DNA of 64,000 nucleotides from Eledone cirrhosa. Lineage: Eukaryota. The notes under the pieces were generated by a model. That model ran no database searches and had not been told where the DNA came from. It saw nothing but the letters and a program-made list of their open reading frames with translations. The first letter of the stretch is position 1, and every line of letters starts with the position of its first letter. Of the stretch, positions 16,427 to 29,731 are shown one piece after another. Position numbers and translations under genes: made by a program. The stretch covers positions 181,660,001-181,724,000 of the forward strand of contig OZ024741.1 in NCBI GenBank assembly GCA_964016885.1. The letters are read 5' to 3'.

Positions 16427-16689
16427 CGAGAGAGCGAGAGAGATAACAGGGGAAATAAATCGAAAGTACAGACCCTAATACTGTAATAGTAATTTGTTCA
16501 TCGACATAGAAAGATGATTTTATTTTGGCATGTAATCGTTTCAATTTAGGTAATATTATATTCATCGACCCTGGTAAAGTGAATCTTCAGCCACTTGCAC
16601 ATTAATTTCATGAGCAGGCTGTTCCGTTGATCGGATCAATTGAAACACTCGTCGTCGTAACCGTAGGAGTGGCAGTATATGTATGATGG

Positions 16690-16891
16690 ATTTTTTCTCG
16701 TTGTATATCGACGTATGGGGTCACAACAGACATCTCAATTAATTTTTTTTCATGGTTATGCCTTAAATGAGACTTTAGTCCTGCTGCTGATTTACACATT
16801 AAGCCGTATTTAGTGCAGATGATAGGATTTTGAGCGGAGCAGGATGGAATGTTTGGTCGAATCTTGGAGTTAGATCGTAGATCATCTAGAT
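16690..16891 (-). mobile_element. RTE 3' end (C2H2 finger), distal part
   Basis: LDDLRSNSKIRP...ICTKYGLMCKSAAGLKSHLRHNH; the upstream part continues at 38725-38815. Confidence 0.7.
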
Positions 16892-17354
16892 CAAAGGTTC
16901 TCAACGGGGGGGGGGGGGGTTATGACATTTCGCAGCTCCAGGGAGGGGGGAGCAAGGGGTAGTTTCAGAAGGCGTTTGAAGCTTGAGGGTGGTGCTGGAA
17001 GCCCCTTTAGTTTTTTAGTTTGGTAAGTTTGATAAGTCATATTTGTACGTCTCTTAGACAGCCAGTGAGAATGCATTTGAATGAAGAAAACGAAGAAAAT
17101 AAATAAAAGAAGCTTGTCAACGAATTCCCTAGGAGATAAAAATGAACATAAAAAGAAAATGAACATAAGGATGTAAACTTTGACAACAGTTACAAGAACA
17201 ACTTCAACAGAAATGACAACAAAAAGAAGCAATGGTGATGAAAGCTGTGGGTGTATACATATACATACATACGAACATACACACAGATGCATACGTACAT
17301 TCATTCATACATACATACATACATACATACATACATACATACATACATACATAC

Positions 17355-17915
17355 ATGGTGGCTGCCAACTCGTTTTCGAGTACGGCCACTACTTTATATC
17401 CATGTAGGAGAACTCCTACCGATGCGCTAAACAAGTGCGACTTTTTAGTCCAGCCAGCGACTTGAAAACTCAGGTACAAACACTACACCTGTGACAATTA
17501 TTGAAACATAGTGCTGGGCCCATGGTACCATGTGACGACAAGTGCAGAGAGATCTCCAGATATAAAGCAATGCCTGTGCCGTGAAGCTTTTATAGTGAGC
17601 AAAGGCACTGCACAAAGCCAGTCCCACTCTCTTAACCGAGATGATATTTACCAAAAAGAAGAACAAGTCAACATCATTGGATACCATCAGGGTTGCAGGT
17701 GTTATATCAGAGTTTTCCTTCTCCTAGAATTCTGCCTTGACAAAGGCTAAGGGGTCATCTCTCATACAATAACATCCATATCTACACATGCATGCATGCA
17801 TACATATCTACCTAGTTGATGTTGTGTAAATTCCGATGAGAGAGTCCTGTGTCTATGTTAGAACCCGACTCTCTCTCTATTGGTAAAACTTTGTGAAATT
17901 ATAAAACGAGAAGAA
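17355..17915 (+). mobile_element. Chimera: SINE-like A head fused to R4/Dong 3'UTR
   Basis: 17355-17762 is the reverse complement of 18838-19245; 17763-17915 is the reverse complement of about 19372-19526; (CATA)n on both sides. Confidence 0.75.
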
Positions 17916-18329
17916 CATACATACAGATGCATACACATGCAGATGCATACACACATACAAACATACATAGATACATAGATACATAGATACATACATACAT
18001 ACATACATACATACATACATACATACATACATGCATACATATATACATACATACATACATACATACATACACACATACATACATATATACACACACAGGC
18101 CTGCGTTAGTGTTTGATGAGGTTGAGAACCTGGTCAACTTTCAGCCAGAGCTGTGGTATTTAATCTCCCTAGGTAATAAAATCTGGAGACAGAATTTTCT
18201 CCTTACCAAAAAAAACAACAAAAACATAAATATAAATGCATGTATATATACAAATGTATAAATCCATAGCTATATACATACGTAAATGTATGTATGTATA
18301 TATGTATGTATGTATGTATATATGTATGC

Positions 18330-18592
18330 ATGTTTTCTCTTTCTCTTAATTTTGAGTATATTTTTTTGACCGGCCACCTTCCTGGTGGCAAGGTTGTAAA
18401 AGAAAAGAAATTGTCATCCCTTGAATCGCAAGAATGTTTTGCAAATTTTGAAGGTGCCAGCTATCGCAGCCATTTGTAGACTATGAATTAGGGAGCTGCG
18501 CTTTTTGTCCGCAAATCCAAGTTCAGTCATACTTTGGTCCAAGCGGGTTGGTATATAACCCGTAGCACCAATAATGATGGGTATGAAGCTAA
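18330..18592 (-). mobile_element. R4/Dong-like 3' fragment (second family)
   Basis: Homologous to 2170-2378; flanked by (TATG)n. Confidence 0.65.
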
Positions 18593-18631
18593 ATGTATGT
18601 ATGTATGTATGTATGTATGTATGTATGTATG

Positions 18632-19245
18632 TTATGTCAGGTCACCAGTTGGTGCTACTGGTAACATGTATCCCAGTACAACCTGTCTCATGGTCGGGTC
18701 GTTGGCGACTAAACTGGCAACCCCACCAAGGTTTCTTGGTGAGGAGGGTGACTTTGGACATCCTGCAGGACTAAAAACAAAACCTGTCAAAGGGCAAAGG
18801 AGCTCTTAAGAGTCAATGGCCATCCAAAATCACCGGGAGAGATGACCCCTTAGCCTTTGTCAAGGCAGAATTCTAGGAGAAGGAAAACTCTGATATAACA
18901 CCTGCAACCCTGATGGTATCCAATGATGTTGACTTGTTCTTCTTTTTGGTAAATATCATCTTGGTTAAGAGAGTGGGACTGGCTTTGTGCAGTGCCTTTG
19001 CTCACTATAAAAGCTTCACGGCACAGGCATTGCTTTATATCTGGAGATCTCTCTGCGCTTGTCGTCACATGGTACCATGGGCCCAGCACTATGTGTCAAT
19101 AATTGTCACAAGTGTAGTGTTTGTACCGGAGTTTTCAAGTCGCTGGCTGGACTAAAAAGTCACAGTCGTTCAGCGCATCGGTAGGGGTTCTCCTACATGG
19201 ATATAAAGTAGTGGCCGTACTCGAAAACGAGTTGGCAGCCACCAT
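18632..19245 (-). mobile_element. SINE-like element, subfamily A
   Basis: Near-identical to 131-744. Confidence 0.78.
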
Positions 19246-19371
19246 GTATGTATGTATGTATGTATGTATGTATGTATGTATGTATGTATGTATGTATGTA
19301 TGTATGTATCTATGTATCTATGTATGTTTGTATGTGTGTATGCATCTGCATGTGTATGCATCTGTATGTAT

Positions 19372-21358
19372 GTTCTTCTCGTTTTATAATTTCACAAAGT
19401 TTTACCAATAGAGAGAGAGAGTCGGGTTCTAACATAGACACAGGACTCTCTCATCGGAATTTACACAACATCAACTAGGTAGATATGTATGCATGCATGC
19501 ATGTGTAGATATGGATGTTATTGTATGTGTGGATGTGTATGTTTTGAGTTGTATGTGTGCATGTGTATATGCTTCGCAACTGTAAATGTGATTATGCAGT
19601 TATTAGATGCAAAATGTTTGGAATGTTTTACATATTTTTACTGTTCCATTAATGGATTGTACTTGTAATTTCTTAACTAGTTTTGTTCTTTCTGTTCCTG
19701 CGAAGCCTAGCTTCTCAAGATTTGTATTGAGGCAGTTACTAACATACCCCAGTGTCCCAATAATCACAGGCATATATCTGAAGGTGTAATCAGGGTGGAG
19801 TATCTGCAGATTTCTCATCAGTTCTGCATAAATATTCTCCTTTTAACTAATCTTTGATATTATATTGGCATCTGCTGGGCAGATAATTTCCACTACTGTG
19901 CATGCTTTCTTCTCCCTGTTCCATATCATAATATCTGGTCTGTTATGCCTGCATTTTATTGGAGCTTTTACTGGAACATTCCACCAGTATTCTTTCATAT
20001 TATGTACATGGATGTCTTCTACATTGCTGTAGCTTTTAATGTGTATATTATCGGGGCTATATTTTTTACGAATTGCATTGTACAGTGTTTTGGCCACTGC
20101 ATCATGCCTCATAGGTAGATAGTACCGCGATGACATCTTTGGACAGCTGCTGATGATATGGGTGATATCCTCGATGTTAGTTCTGCAGAGTCTGCATTTG
20201 TTATCACATCTTGGTGTTTTGCCTGCATCCGTATCTCTTTTGTGAATCAGGTATTTCGTGTTAATCTCCTGTTCTTGGATTGCAAAAGCATATCCTTCAA
20301 AGTGGGAGCCAATATAGCGGTTGTTGGTCCAAGATAGACTACTTTCCTTATCTATATTACTGTCACCCTGGAGCTTCCTGGCAACATATCCATGCATGAT
20401 TTTTTGCTGATAAGTATGCAGTTTTTCATCCATGGATTCACTGTGATACTGCTGAGCGACATCCCTGGGTGTGAGTTTTTGATTATCACATAGGGACTAT
20501 CACTCGAGGAGTTCCTTCCCAACTCTCATGATCTTATCTGTTTCATGCAGATAGACTTGCTGGAGAAACGGGCTCCTACGTTTCGAGGTTCGTAGATGTT
20601 GTCGGAGAGATATGATGCGACATTCAAATGTTGTCTGGACTTATGGTAGGCCTCTGCCTACGTTTCAAGTAAAGGCGGTCTATGTCACTGTTGATGTGGA
20701 AGTTTCCGGTGTTGTTTAGTATTTTTCGAGTTCCAGCATCAACTGCTCGGATTTCGTCTATCGTCCAATTGAGTATTCCAAACGTTAGTGTTAGGACAGG
20801 CGCAGCAAACACATTGTGAGCCGCTGATTTGTTTTGCACAGAGAGTACCGATGACCAGATTCTTCTTAATCGGGTGTAGTATTCCCTGGTTACGCGTTCT
20901 TTATTACAGATAACATTATAGGATATGTTCTCATCTATCCCCAGGTATCTGTAGCAGTCCTCATCAGATATCGGTGAAACAGTTAGGCCATTGATTTCAA
21001 TGTTGCTAGATTGGGTTGTTGTTTTTCCCCGCGTTACAGTCATGTATGAGCATTTATCTTGGCCAAACTCCATTCCTATATCCTTTGAGAATGTTGTAAC
21101 CAGGTCAAGATTTTTCTTCATCCCATCCATGTTCTTGGCATAGAGTTTCAGATCGTCCACAAAGAAATTATGAGTTAGGTTCGTATTTCTGTCCTCCTGT
21201 GAGCCAATGATGTATCCCACACATTTCTTGAGCAGAAAGGACAAGGGGTTTAATGACAAGATGAATAATATCACAGAGAGACTGTCCCTCTGAAATATAC
21301 CCCTGCAATATTTTATTTTATCAGTGAAAATAGAGTCCTTCCTCTCTATCTTTACCCT
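19372..21358 (-). mobile_element. 5'-truncated R4/Dong-type retrotransposon, frameshifted, (CATA)n family
   Basis: RT (IFQRDSLS, FFVDDLKLY, YRYLG); CRLC..H..C zinc knuckle; RHD..RPD..E..D RLE; ORF pieces 20624..21274, 19843..20433, 19603..19818. Confidence 0.92.
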
Positions 21359-22421
21359 TTATGTATGTATGTTTGTATGTATGTATGTATGTATGTATGT
21401 ATGTATGTATGTATGTATGTATGTTGAGCTTATAGATAGGACAACACACGCTGTCTTTTCGTGGGGTAAGTTTTTAATTAATTTTTGTATTCTGAAACAT
21501 CAAAATACAACAATATTTTGGTCACTGGACTCGGGAATGTCACGACAGAAGTTTGTGGAAGTTACACAAATATTTTAGTATATTTTACCAGAGCAATCCT
21601 TATTTATATTTTACATTCTACATTTACTTACATCTCAATATAACATGGCTAAAATTCAAATTTTGCAAAGAGAAGAAAACGGACAAATGAACTAGATACA
21701 TCTCACTGTCCCCCGCCACCACAATAACGTCTACACTCTCTCCCCACCATCACATGTCATTACCCTATCTCGACTAAAGTCATCGAACTGTTGTCAAACT
21801 CTCTACTCTGTGTTGAATGTGTATATATATATATATATATATATGTATATGTGTGTATATACATCACACAGTCAAACGACCAGATTTCAATCCCAACATC
21901 TACAACAACAACACCGGCACTAATGTTTACAGCAACAACAGCTTCAGAATGAATTGAAATGAACATTTACAACAACAACAGCGGCATCAAACGATAAAAA
22001 AAAAAAAATAAAAAAAAAAAAACACAAACAAACAAAAAAACTCTAAATAACAAAACACACACACACACAACACAACAACAACATCAATTGCCATCACCAC
22101 CACCACCACCACCACCACCACCGCCGCCATCACCATCACCAGCGACCGGGCCGTAAAAAGAAGAAAACTTTAATAATAATTTTTCTGCTTTTGGCACGGA
22201 TCCAGCGACTGTCCCAGCGCATTACTGGTACTCTCATCCGTGGGGATGAAAGGCAAGGTTGACCTCGGCGGGATTTAAGCTGAGAGCGTGGAGAGCCATA
22301 GCTCTATGCTGTAAAACAATTATAATAATACTGGACTGTAGTACGATCGGCTTCAACTATACAAACTCTTGAAAGTCAACAGTTGACATAATCTTGTAAT
22401 CTTGTATCAGTAATGACGGTA

Positions 22422-22453
<32 letters not shown>

Positions 22454-22579
22454 AAGCGAGTAGCGTGTGTGTGTTTGTTTGTATGGATGATTGTTGCTGT
22501 GTGCGCGCGTATGTATGCGCGTGTGTGTATGTCGTACGTATAAGTGTCAATAAGTAGTTTTTTTTTTGTTTTTTTTTCG

Positions 22580-22875
22580 CGGGGACATAAATAATCGGGC
22601 TGGATGCCCGATCGCGCAGTTAAACCACTGGGAGTGAAGAACCTCTAGCCCTTGTCAGGGCATTCTTCTAGGAGAAGGTATCTCAGGAAGCTGGGTTAAC
22701 TCCGACATAAAACCTGCAGCTCAGTAGTTACCGATGATGTTGATCTTTTCTTCTTTTCGGGTCATAGCTACTGTCGTTCAGAGAGTGGGATTGGCTCAGT
22801 GCACAGTCTTTCCTCACTTTAAAAATATTCGTCACGCACAAGCATTGCACGAGTGCATTAATAATTATTAATAGT
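22580..22875 (-). mobile_element. SINE-like B body (head found at 33888-33930)
   Basis: Reverse complement of 3840-4115; breaks at the AT-rich loop next to the R4 (TAA)n tail. Confidence 0.7.
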
Positions 22876-22898
22876 GTATTATTATTATTATTATTATT

Positions 22899-25800
22899 AC
22901 AGTTGCATTTATCTTGCTTTATGTTCATACGAGTTATCACCAAGTCACAACCAGTGACCTCAAGAGACAACAAGGTCCGCCATGTTCAAGAAAGAACATA
23001 CATACTCACACATGCATCTTTAGTGTTTAGACTTGTGATGTACTTATATTGACAGAATCTTCCTTTGTATATGGGCAGTTCCCATTAGTACTATCTTTTG
23101 TATTTCTCCTATACGCGGGTTTCCTGGGATTTGCGATAAGTAATCATTAGACCCCTTAGATATCATTCCCAGAGCGCCTACAACCACTGGTATTGTTTTA
23201 GTTCTCAATTTCCACATTTTTTCCAATTTCTATCTCCAGGTCCTTATACTTGCTCAATTTTTCAAATGTTTTTATAGATACATTCTTGTCTATTGGAACA
23301 GACATATCAATTAGCAGGCATACCCTCTTTTTAAAGTCCTTCAATATTATATCAGGTCTATTTGCATCTATTTTTCGGTCTGTTTGGATGCTAAAGTTCC
23401 ACAAGATTGAGATGTGATCGTTTTCAAGTATGGGAGGTGGTTGATGCTCCCACCAATTCTTTTGATGGGGCAGGTCAAAATGCTTACACATTATCCAATG
23501 TATGTATTGTGCAGCTCTGTCATGCCTGTTTAGGTATTCGGTTGGAGCTATAGGACTGCACATTGAAATTATATGGTCAATGGTCTCTGGTTGTTTTTTG
23601 CATACACGGCATAATGGGCTGCATCCATTTTTTATTATGTTGGCTTGGTAATTTTTTGTTGGCAGACACTGATCTTGTGCTGATATAATCAGTCCTTCAG
23701 TCTCCGATTTCAGTCCAGAGGATGCCAACCACTGATGGGTTAAAGTTTTGTCAACATCAGGATTGTTAGCTCGTTCTGGGTATTTTCCATACACAGGCTT
23801 TTCTTGCCATTTCTTAGCCAGTTTCTGTAGCAGTTCTTTCTTTGCAGTTACTTTTACCTGCTTTGCTTTTTCTGTGTTTTCCATTTCAGCAGTAAATGGG
23901 ACTTCTGAAATTGTAGTCCATTACTGTATCTTTGTGCATCTTTTGTAATGGAATATGATCTTTTGATGCTTTCGTGTTTCAAAACGAGTTTGATCATCCA
24001 ATCATGTGATTCCCTTAGATATGTAGATAATTCAATTGTTGCAGTTTTCAACGCAATGTCTAACTGGATTAACCCACGTCCTCCTTCTTTCCTAGGGAGA
24101 TATATTCTATCTGTATCTGCCTTAGGGTGATGCATTCTGTGCATGGTTAAGAATTTTCGAATTTTTGTATCGAGCCTACGGATCTCTGTGCTTGACCAGT
24201 TGATGACATTGTAACTGTAGGTTACTACTGGTATGGCAAGCGTGTTTATGGCATCGATCCTATTCCTTGCATTCAATTCCGTTCTTAAGATGGCTCTTAC
24301 TCTGCGGTAACATTCCTTCCTTATCCTTTCCCTCATTGTCGAGTGCTTGATTCCGTCTCCTTCACAAACACCTAGATATTTGTAAGTTTTTTCTTGATCA
24401 AGTTCTCTTATCACGTTCCTCCGATCAAGATTAATGTCTGAACTCTTCAGCAGCTTTCCTCTGGTGAACGTTGCTTTGGCGCATTTATCTAGTCCAAACT
24501 CCATTTTAATGTCATCACTGAACTGCTCCACAGTGGATAATAGCCCTTGCAATTGTTCATCATTTTTTGCAAATAGTTTCAGGTCATCCATGTAGAACAA
24601 GTGATTAATGGTTTTGTCATAGACTTTATATTCATGTTTTGTTTCATTGAGCATTTTACTTAATGGTATAAGTGCGATGCAGAATAAAAGCGGTGATAAA
24701 GAGTCACCCTGAAAAATTCCACAATTAATATTAACTTCTCCAGCTTCCAGTGATTTTGTTTCACTATTCAAAAGGAGTGTCGTTTTCCATGTCTTCATAC
24801 TGAATGACAAAAACCTCCTGACAACGGGGGATATTTTGAATACATTTTTCAATCCAACTGTGTGGCAAACTATCGAATTGTTTTTTATAATCTATCCAAG
24901 CAATTGATAGATTTTTGTGTCTATTATGACAATCTTCCAGTATATCATTTTGTTAACCAAAAGCTGATCCTTACAGCCACATGAGCCTCGTTTACACCCT
25001 TTCTGCTCAATGGGAAATAGGTCATTTGTTATCAGGTGGTCATATGTGTATTCAGTTAGGACTGATGTTAAAATTTTATACATTGTGGTCAAGCAAGTTA
25101 TCGGTCTGTAATTTTTGGGATTGTTTGTCTCATCATTCTTCGGAAGCAGGAATGTAATGCCGTTAACTAGCCATGATGGTATCTTTTCTGGCTCCTTAAC
25201 TATTTCATTGTAAAGTTGGGCTAACAGCTCATGAGACTCTGTGAAGGCATTTATCCAAAAATTTTGTATTTTGTCTTTTCCTGGGGATTTCCATTTGCTG
25301 GTTTTTCTTAGAGCCAAGCGCAACTGTTCAACTGTTATATTTTCCCATATTTGTTCTTCAAGGTGAGCTGTATCATTCATTTGTCTGTCTATCCATGGGG
25401 CATGTATGTTATGAACTTTTTCTTCGGCCCAGATCTTTTCCCAGAATTCTTGCACTTCCTCCTTGGGTGGTATTGTTTTAGCAGTTATTGTTGACTTACC
25501 AATTTTTCTGTAGAAGTTTCTTTGGTTGTTTTTGAACATATTATTGTCCTTATAGAATCTAGATTGTTTTTCAAAGCGCCTTATACGAGCAGCTTTGGCC
25601 GACACTTTTTGCTTGATTATTTCTATCAGCATGTCTATGTCACTTGTTGATTTTATACAGTACTTTCTTTTCAATTTTCTAAGTTTAGTTTGTTTAACAT
25701 GTTCACCTACTTTATAGTTTGTTAAAATTTCTATGTCAGATCGGAGAAGGTTTATTTGGCGATTGATGTTCTCTTGCCAAGTAGATTTCTTGTGTGAATT

Positions 25801-26399
25801 CCTTTGTTTTGTCATCTTCACTCCACATAAGTGAGTGGTGACTTTAGCCGATGCATAATAGAGATGATTTAAATCAGTAATCTTTAGTTTGTTTGTGAGG
25901 ATAATGTTTTTGAGAATTATGTTAGTCTTGTGTATTATCTTTTGGTTCTGTTTTGAGTTCTGGATCTTAGGGAGGGTGTCTCGTTGCCCCATGTCAGATT
26001 CTTTCATTTTCATCCATTCGATCATAATTTCATCCTTCAAGTTGGCAAGTTCATTCTCATTCATTTCTTTATCATTTACGATCTCATTACTTTCATTTGG
26101 ACTTTCATCTTGAGCATGCACTCCCTCCACTTTTTCGATCCTTTCTTTAATTTGTTCTGTTGTCAGTGATTCCGCCCCAACCCTGGGATTCGAAGTGTTA
26201 CAATTTACCTCGTTTTCACTGACACATGTTTCATTTTCCCTTCGCTGACTTTGTGCTAATAGCTTGATCTGCTCAATTTCTATATCAGTTAGTAACTTTT
26301 TTTTTACAATATTTCTTCGTATATTGACTAGTTTGTTACTGTCAATATAGCCTCTGTTTTCGGGATGTTTCTTTTTCCAGTTGATATATGTCTGTTCTG

Positions 26400-26400
<1 letters not shown>
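22899..26400 (-). mobile_element. R4/Dong-type retrotransposon, frameshifted, (TAA)n tail
   Basis: KSPGKD, YRPITCL, EQKG, IFQGDSLSP, FYMDDLKLF, GGRGL, CRVC..H..C, RPD..D..K..KY, GTA; ORFs 24892..26130, 23854..24852, 23198..23884, 23044..23226. Confidence 0.93.
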
Positions 26401-26462
<62 letters not shown>

Positions 26463-26471
26463 GTTGTTGTT

Positions 26472-29400
26472 ATTCCTTGAATCTCAGTCATTGATGTTGG
26501 TTAACTGGAAAGTCCGTTGGATTGAATATCAAGCCACTACCTGCAGCCTCAGATATTCAGGACGTATCGGAGGGTTCTTGCTGTTCCAAGCAAGCATGCC
26601 TTTTGAAGCGTTCCAAAAAGCGTGAAGGGGCCGATTTTCTTTAACCATCCCTGGAAACTTTTGGAGATAGTCCCAAGTGCGCCTATGACAATCGGGATCA
26701 CTTTGACTTCATGGCAGTTCCAAATCCTTTTCACCTCCCACTTTAGGTCCTGGTATCGGTTAATTTTCTCCCTCTCCTTCTCTTGCACTCTCGTGTCGAA
26801 CGGGCAGGCCACATCCACAATCAGACACGATCTTTTTTCTTTGTCCACAACCACCAGGTCAGGTCTATTGTGTTCCAGTTTTTTGTCCGTCTGTATCCTA
26901 AAATCCCACAGCACCTTCACCTGATTGTTCTCCATCACCGCCTCTGGCCTATGCTCATACCATTTCTCAGAATGTGGTAAATTGTTTACTTTGCACAGGT
27001 GCCAGTGGATCACCCTGCCCATCACATCGTGTCTCCAGCCCTTATAGTGGGTCTGGGCTAGGTGTTTACACTCGGACACAATGTGAGCCACAGTCTCCTC
27101 TCTCTCTCCACAGATCCTGCACAGTGGGCTAGCCTCCTCCTTGTAGATATGGTGCTTCAACCACTTCGTTTTGAGGGCCTGCTCCTGCGCAGCCATTAGC
27201 ATTCCTTCTGTAGCCTTTTTGAGGTCTCCTCTTCTCAACCAGTTCCATGTCTGTGGATCTCTAAATTCAGTTTTCTCAAAGAAGGTACTATGAAGGGATT
27301 TTCCCTTAAGGCTGCTCTTCCTCCTTGATGTTATTTCCTCCTTGGACATCCCCTGGCCTACTGTCCCCTCCTTCAGTACATTTCTGAGCATTGGCTCCTT
27401 ACTATAGGTCACGTATTTGTATAGGTTGTTTTTCTCCATCTGAACACAGTCCTCTATGCTGATAAGACCTCTTCCACCCTCAGATCTCCTTAGGTAGAGT
27501 CTATCGACATCACTCCTCTTGTGGAACATGTTGTAGATAGTCAATAGCTTCCTAGTCTTCCTATCCATTTCTTTTTGTTCAGCAACATTCCATCTCAGAA
27601 TTCCCGCACTGTACCTAATAATAGACACAGCTCGGGAATTTACTGCGCTTATGGCATTTCTGCTGTTCAGATGTGACTTCAATACGCTCCTTACTCTCCG
27701 AATGTATTCAGTTCTTAACAATTCCTTCATTTTTTTGTTCTTTATGCCATCAGCCTCCAGAACGCCCAAATACTTGTATCCTTCCTCAGAGTCAATTTCC
27801 TTTATCATCTCACCTGTTGGTATCTGGATCCCGTTACTTCTGCTCAACCTACCCCTCTTCATCACAATGACTCCACATTTACCAATACCAAACTGCATAC
27901 ATATATCACTGCTGAAAATACGGACAGTGTCAACAAGCACATCCAACTCCTTCTCACTTTTCCCGAAGAGCTTAAGATCGTCCATGAAGAGGAGGTGATT
28001 GATGGTAAGCTCTCCCCTTCCCAACTTGTATCCTGCTCTCACCTTTCGCAGCATAATGGTCAAGGGCATCAGGGCAAGGACAAACAACAGAGGGGACAGG
28101 CTATCTCCCTGGAAGATACCTCTCTTGATCTTCACGCTTCCCAAGGATACTCCAGTTGATGTCAACTCTGTCTCCCAGGACCCCATACTCCTGCCTAGCA
28201 ACTGTCTGATGTTATCTGCCACCCTGAAGATCTCCAGGCTTTTGGTGATCCAGGAATGAGGCACCATGTCAAATGCCTTTCTGTAGTCTATCCATCCCAT
28301 GGCAAGATCAGTGTGTCTCCTCCTGCAATTCCCCATTACCATCTTATCAATAAGTAACTGGTCCTTTGTACCACGTGACTTCTTTCGGCATCCTTTCTGT
28401 TCGTCCGGTAACAAGTTGTTTGTGTGGAGGTGATGGTAGATTTCCTCAGACACAATGCTCGTCAACAGTTTCCACATTACGGACAGACATGTGATAGGTC
28501 TATAGTTGGTAACATCATTACCCTTGATTCGTTCTTTCATTATCAGAACTGTGGTACCTTTTGTCAACCACTCTGGCACCTCACCCGACACCAAGCAGTC
28601 ATTGAACATGGCCGTCAGCTTCGGGTGGAGGGATGTTAAATGTTTAATCCAATACCCCTGCACACCATCTGGGCCTGGTGATTTCCAGTTGGTTAGTTTT
28701 TTGGCCTGCCCCTTAAGAGTTTCAACTGTGATACTCAAATCAGTCTGTTGTTGTGCCTGCTCACCGATCTCCCTCTGTACTGTCTCAATCCACCCTGCCT
28801 GGGCATTGTGTCTAACATCCTGCTCCCATATTCCTCTCCAGAATGTTTTAGTTTGCTCCGCCCCAGGGATCAAGTCGTTGCCTCTTTCTTTCCCCTCAAG
28901 CTGTCCAAACAGCATCTTCTGGTTGTTGTCGAACATGCGGTTCTGTTTATACTGACTGACTCTGTTCTCGTATCGCCTGATTTTTGCACTCTTTGCTACA
29001 ATGCGTTGCTTCAGTTCCTCTATGATAATATTTAGCTTTTTCCTCCTAGTTTTGTATTTTATTTCCAGTCTATTTTTAGTGCCTATGTTTTTTAGTGTCC
29101 CATTCAGTAGTGACTCAAGCTTTCCTATGTCATTTCTCATTTCCCCGATTTGCCCACTCAGTCGCCTCTTCCACCACGGCTCTGCTCTTTCTTGTCTGTT
29201 GTTTCCTCTCGCTTTTATACCAAGTAGTTTCCTCACCGTATTTGCTGTTGCTTTGAGGATATTGTTGCACTGGTGAAGGCTCCTCGCCTCAAGGTATGGG
29301 ATGACTTTGTTTACCTTAGCTGTTGTTTCTTTTAACTTTTTCCTGTCTACAAATCTTAGGTTCATAGGTCTCCCACTATCATTGTTCAATTCATCTACCA

Positions 29401-29683
29401 CTAAATTTAGGATGTCAACCGAATCTTGTCCTAGCCCGTCAGCATTCATCTCCTCAGTGGCCGTATCTCTGTTCCAGGTATTATTTATCTCAGTATTCAG
29501 ATCATTGTCTGCTTCGGGTGGTTCCTCCGTTCTCAGGACCTCTTCACCTTCATTTCCCACTGGCTCGCTTGTCTGGCATACTACACCCGCCATCTCCAAG
29601 CCATTCTCTCTGCTCAGTTCCTCCAGTTCCAGCTCGCTTATCCATCCATTAGTTCTTATTACCCGAGCCTGCCCGGCCAATTT
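26472..29683 (-). mobile_element. R4/Dong-type retrotransposon, young, 5'-truncated
   Basis: Contains an uninterrupted 1043-aa ORF; short 3'UTR followed by (CAA)n(TAA)n. Confidence 0.95.
26549..29680 (-). CDS. R4/Dong RT-CCHC-RLE polyprotein (N-terminus likely truncated)
   Basis: KSPGPDG, YRPITCL, WIDYRKAFD, GIFQGDSLSP, LFMDDLKLF, CRIC..H..C, RHD, RPDLVVVD..VDVACP..KINRY. Confidence 0.93.
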   Translation of the reverse strand: MAGQARVIRTNGWISELELEELSRENGLEMAGVVCQTSEPVGNEGEEVLRTEEPPEADNDLNTEINNTWNRDTATEEMNADGLGQDSVDILNLVVDELNNDSGRPMNLRFVDRKKLKETTAKVNKVIPYLEARSLHQCNNILKATANTVRKLLGIKARGNNRQERAEPWWKRRLSGQIGEMRNDIGKLESLLNGTLKNIGTKNRLEIKYKTRRKKLNIIIEELKQRIVAKSAKIRRYENRVSQYKQNRMFDNNQKMLFGQLEGKERGNDLIPGAEQTKTFWRGIWEQDVRHNAQAGWIETVQREIGEQAQQQTDLSITVETLKGQAKKLTNWKSPGPDGVQGYWIKHLTSLHPKLTAMFNDCLVSGEVPEWLTKGTTVLIMKERIKGNDVTNYRPITCLSVMWKLLTSIVSEEIYHHLHTNNLLPDEQKGCRKKSRGTKDQLLIDKMVMGNCRRRHTDLAMGWIDYRKAFDMVPHSWITKSLEIFRVADNIRQLLGRSMGSWETELTSTGVSLGSVKIKRGIFQGDSLSPLLFVLALMPLTIMLRKVRAGYKLGRGELTINHLLFMDDLKLFGKSEKELDVLVDTVRIFSSDICMQFGIGKCGVIVMKRGRLSRSNGIQIPTGEMIKEIDSEEGYKYLGVLEADGIKNKKMKELLRTEYIRRVRSVLKSHLNSRNAISAVNSRAVSIIRYSAGILRWNVAEQKEMDRKTRKLLTIYNMFHKRSDVDRLYLRRSEGGRGLISIEDCVQMEKNNLYKYVTYSKEPMLRNVLKEGTVGQGMSKEEITSRRKSSLKGKSLHSTFFEKTEFRDPQTWNWLRRGDLKKATEGMLMAAQEQALKTKWLKHHIYKEEASPLCRICGEREETVAHIVSECKHLAQTHYKGWRHDVMGRVIHWHLCKVNNLPHSEKWYEHRPEAVMENNQVKVLWDFRIQTDKKLEHNRPDLVVVDKEKRSCLIVDVACPFDTRVQEKEREKINRYQDLKWEVKRIWNCHEVKVIPIVIGALGTISKSFQGWLKKIGPFTLFGTLQKACLLGTARTLRYVLNI

Positions 29684-29731
29684 TTGTTCTTCTTCTTCTT
29701 CTTCTTCTTCTTCTTATTATTATTATTATTA

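Noticed and set aside
17600-17640. Twister ribozyme similarity (cactgcacaaagccagtccca)
   Set aside because: Lacks the UAA cleavage loop, AAGCCC and the pseudoknot partner strands.
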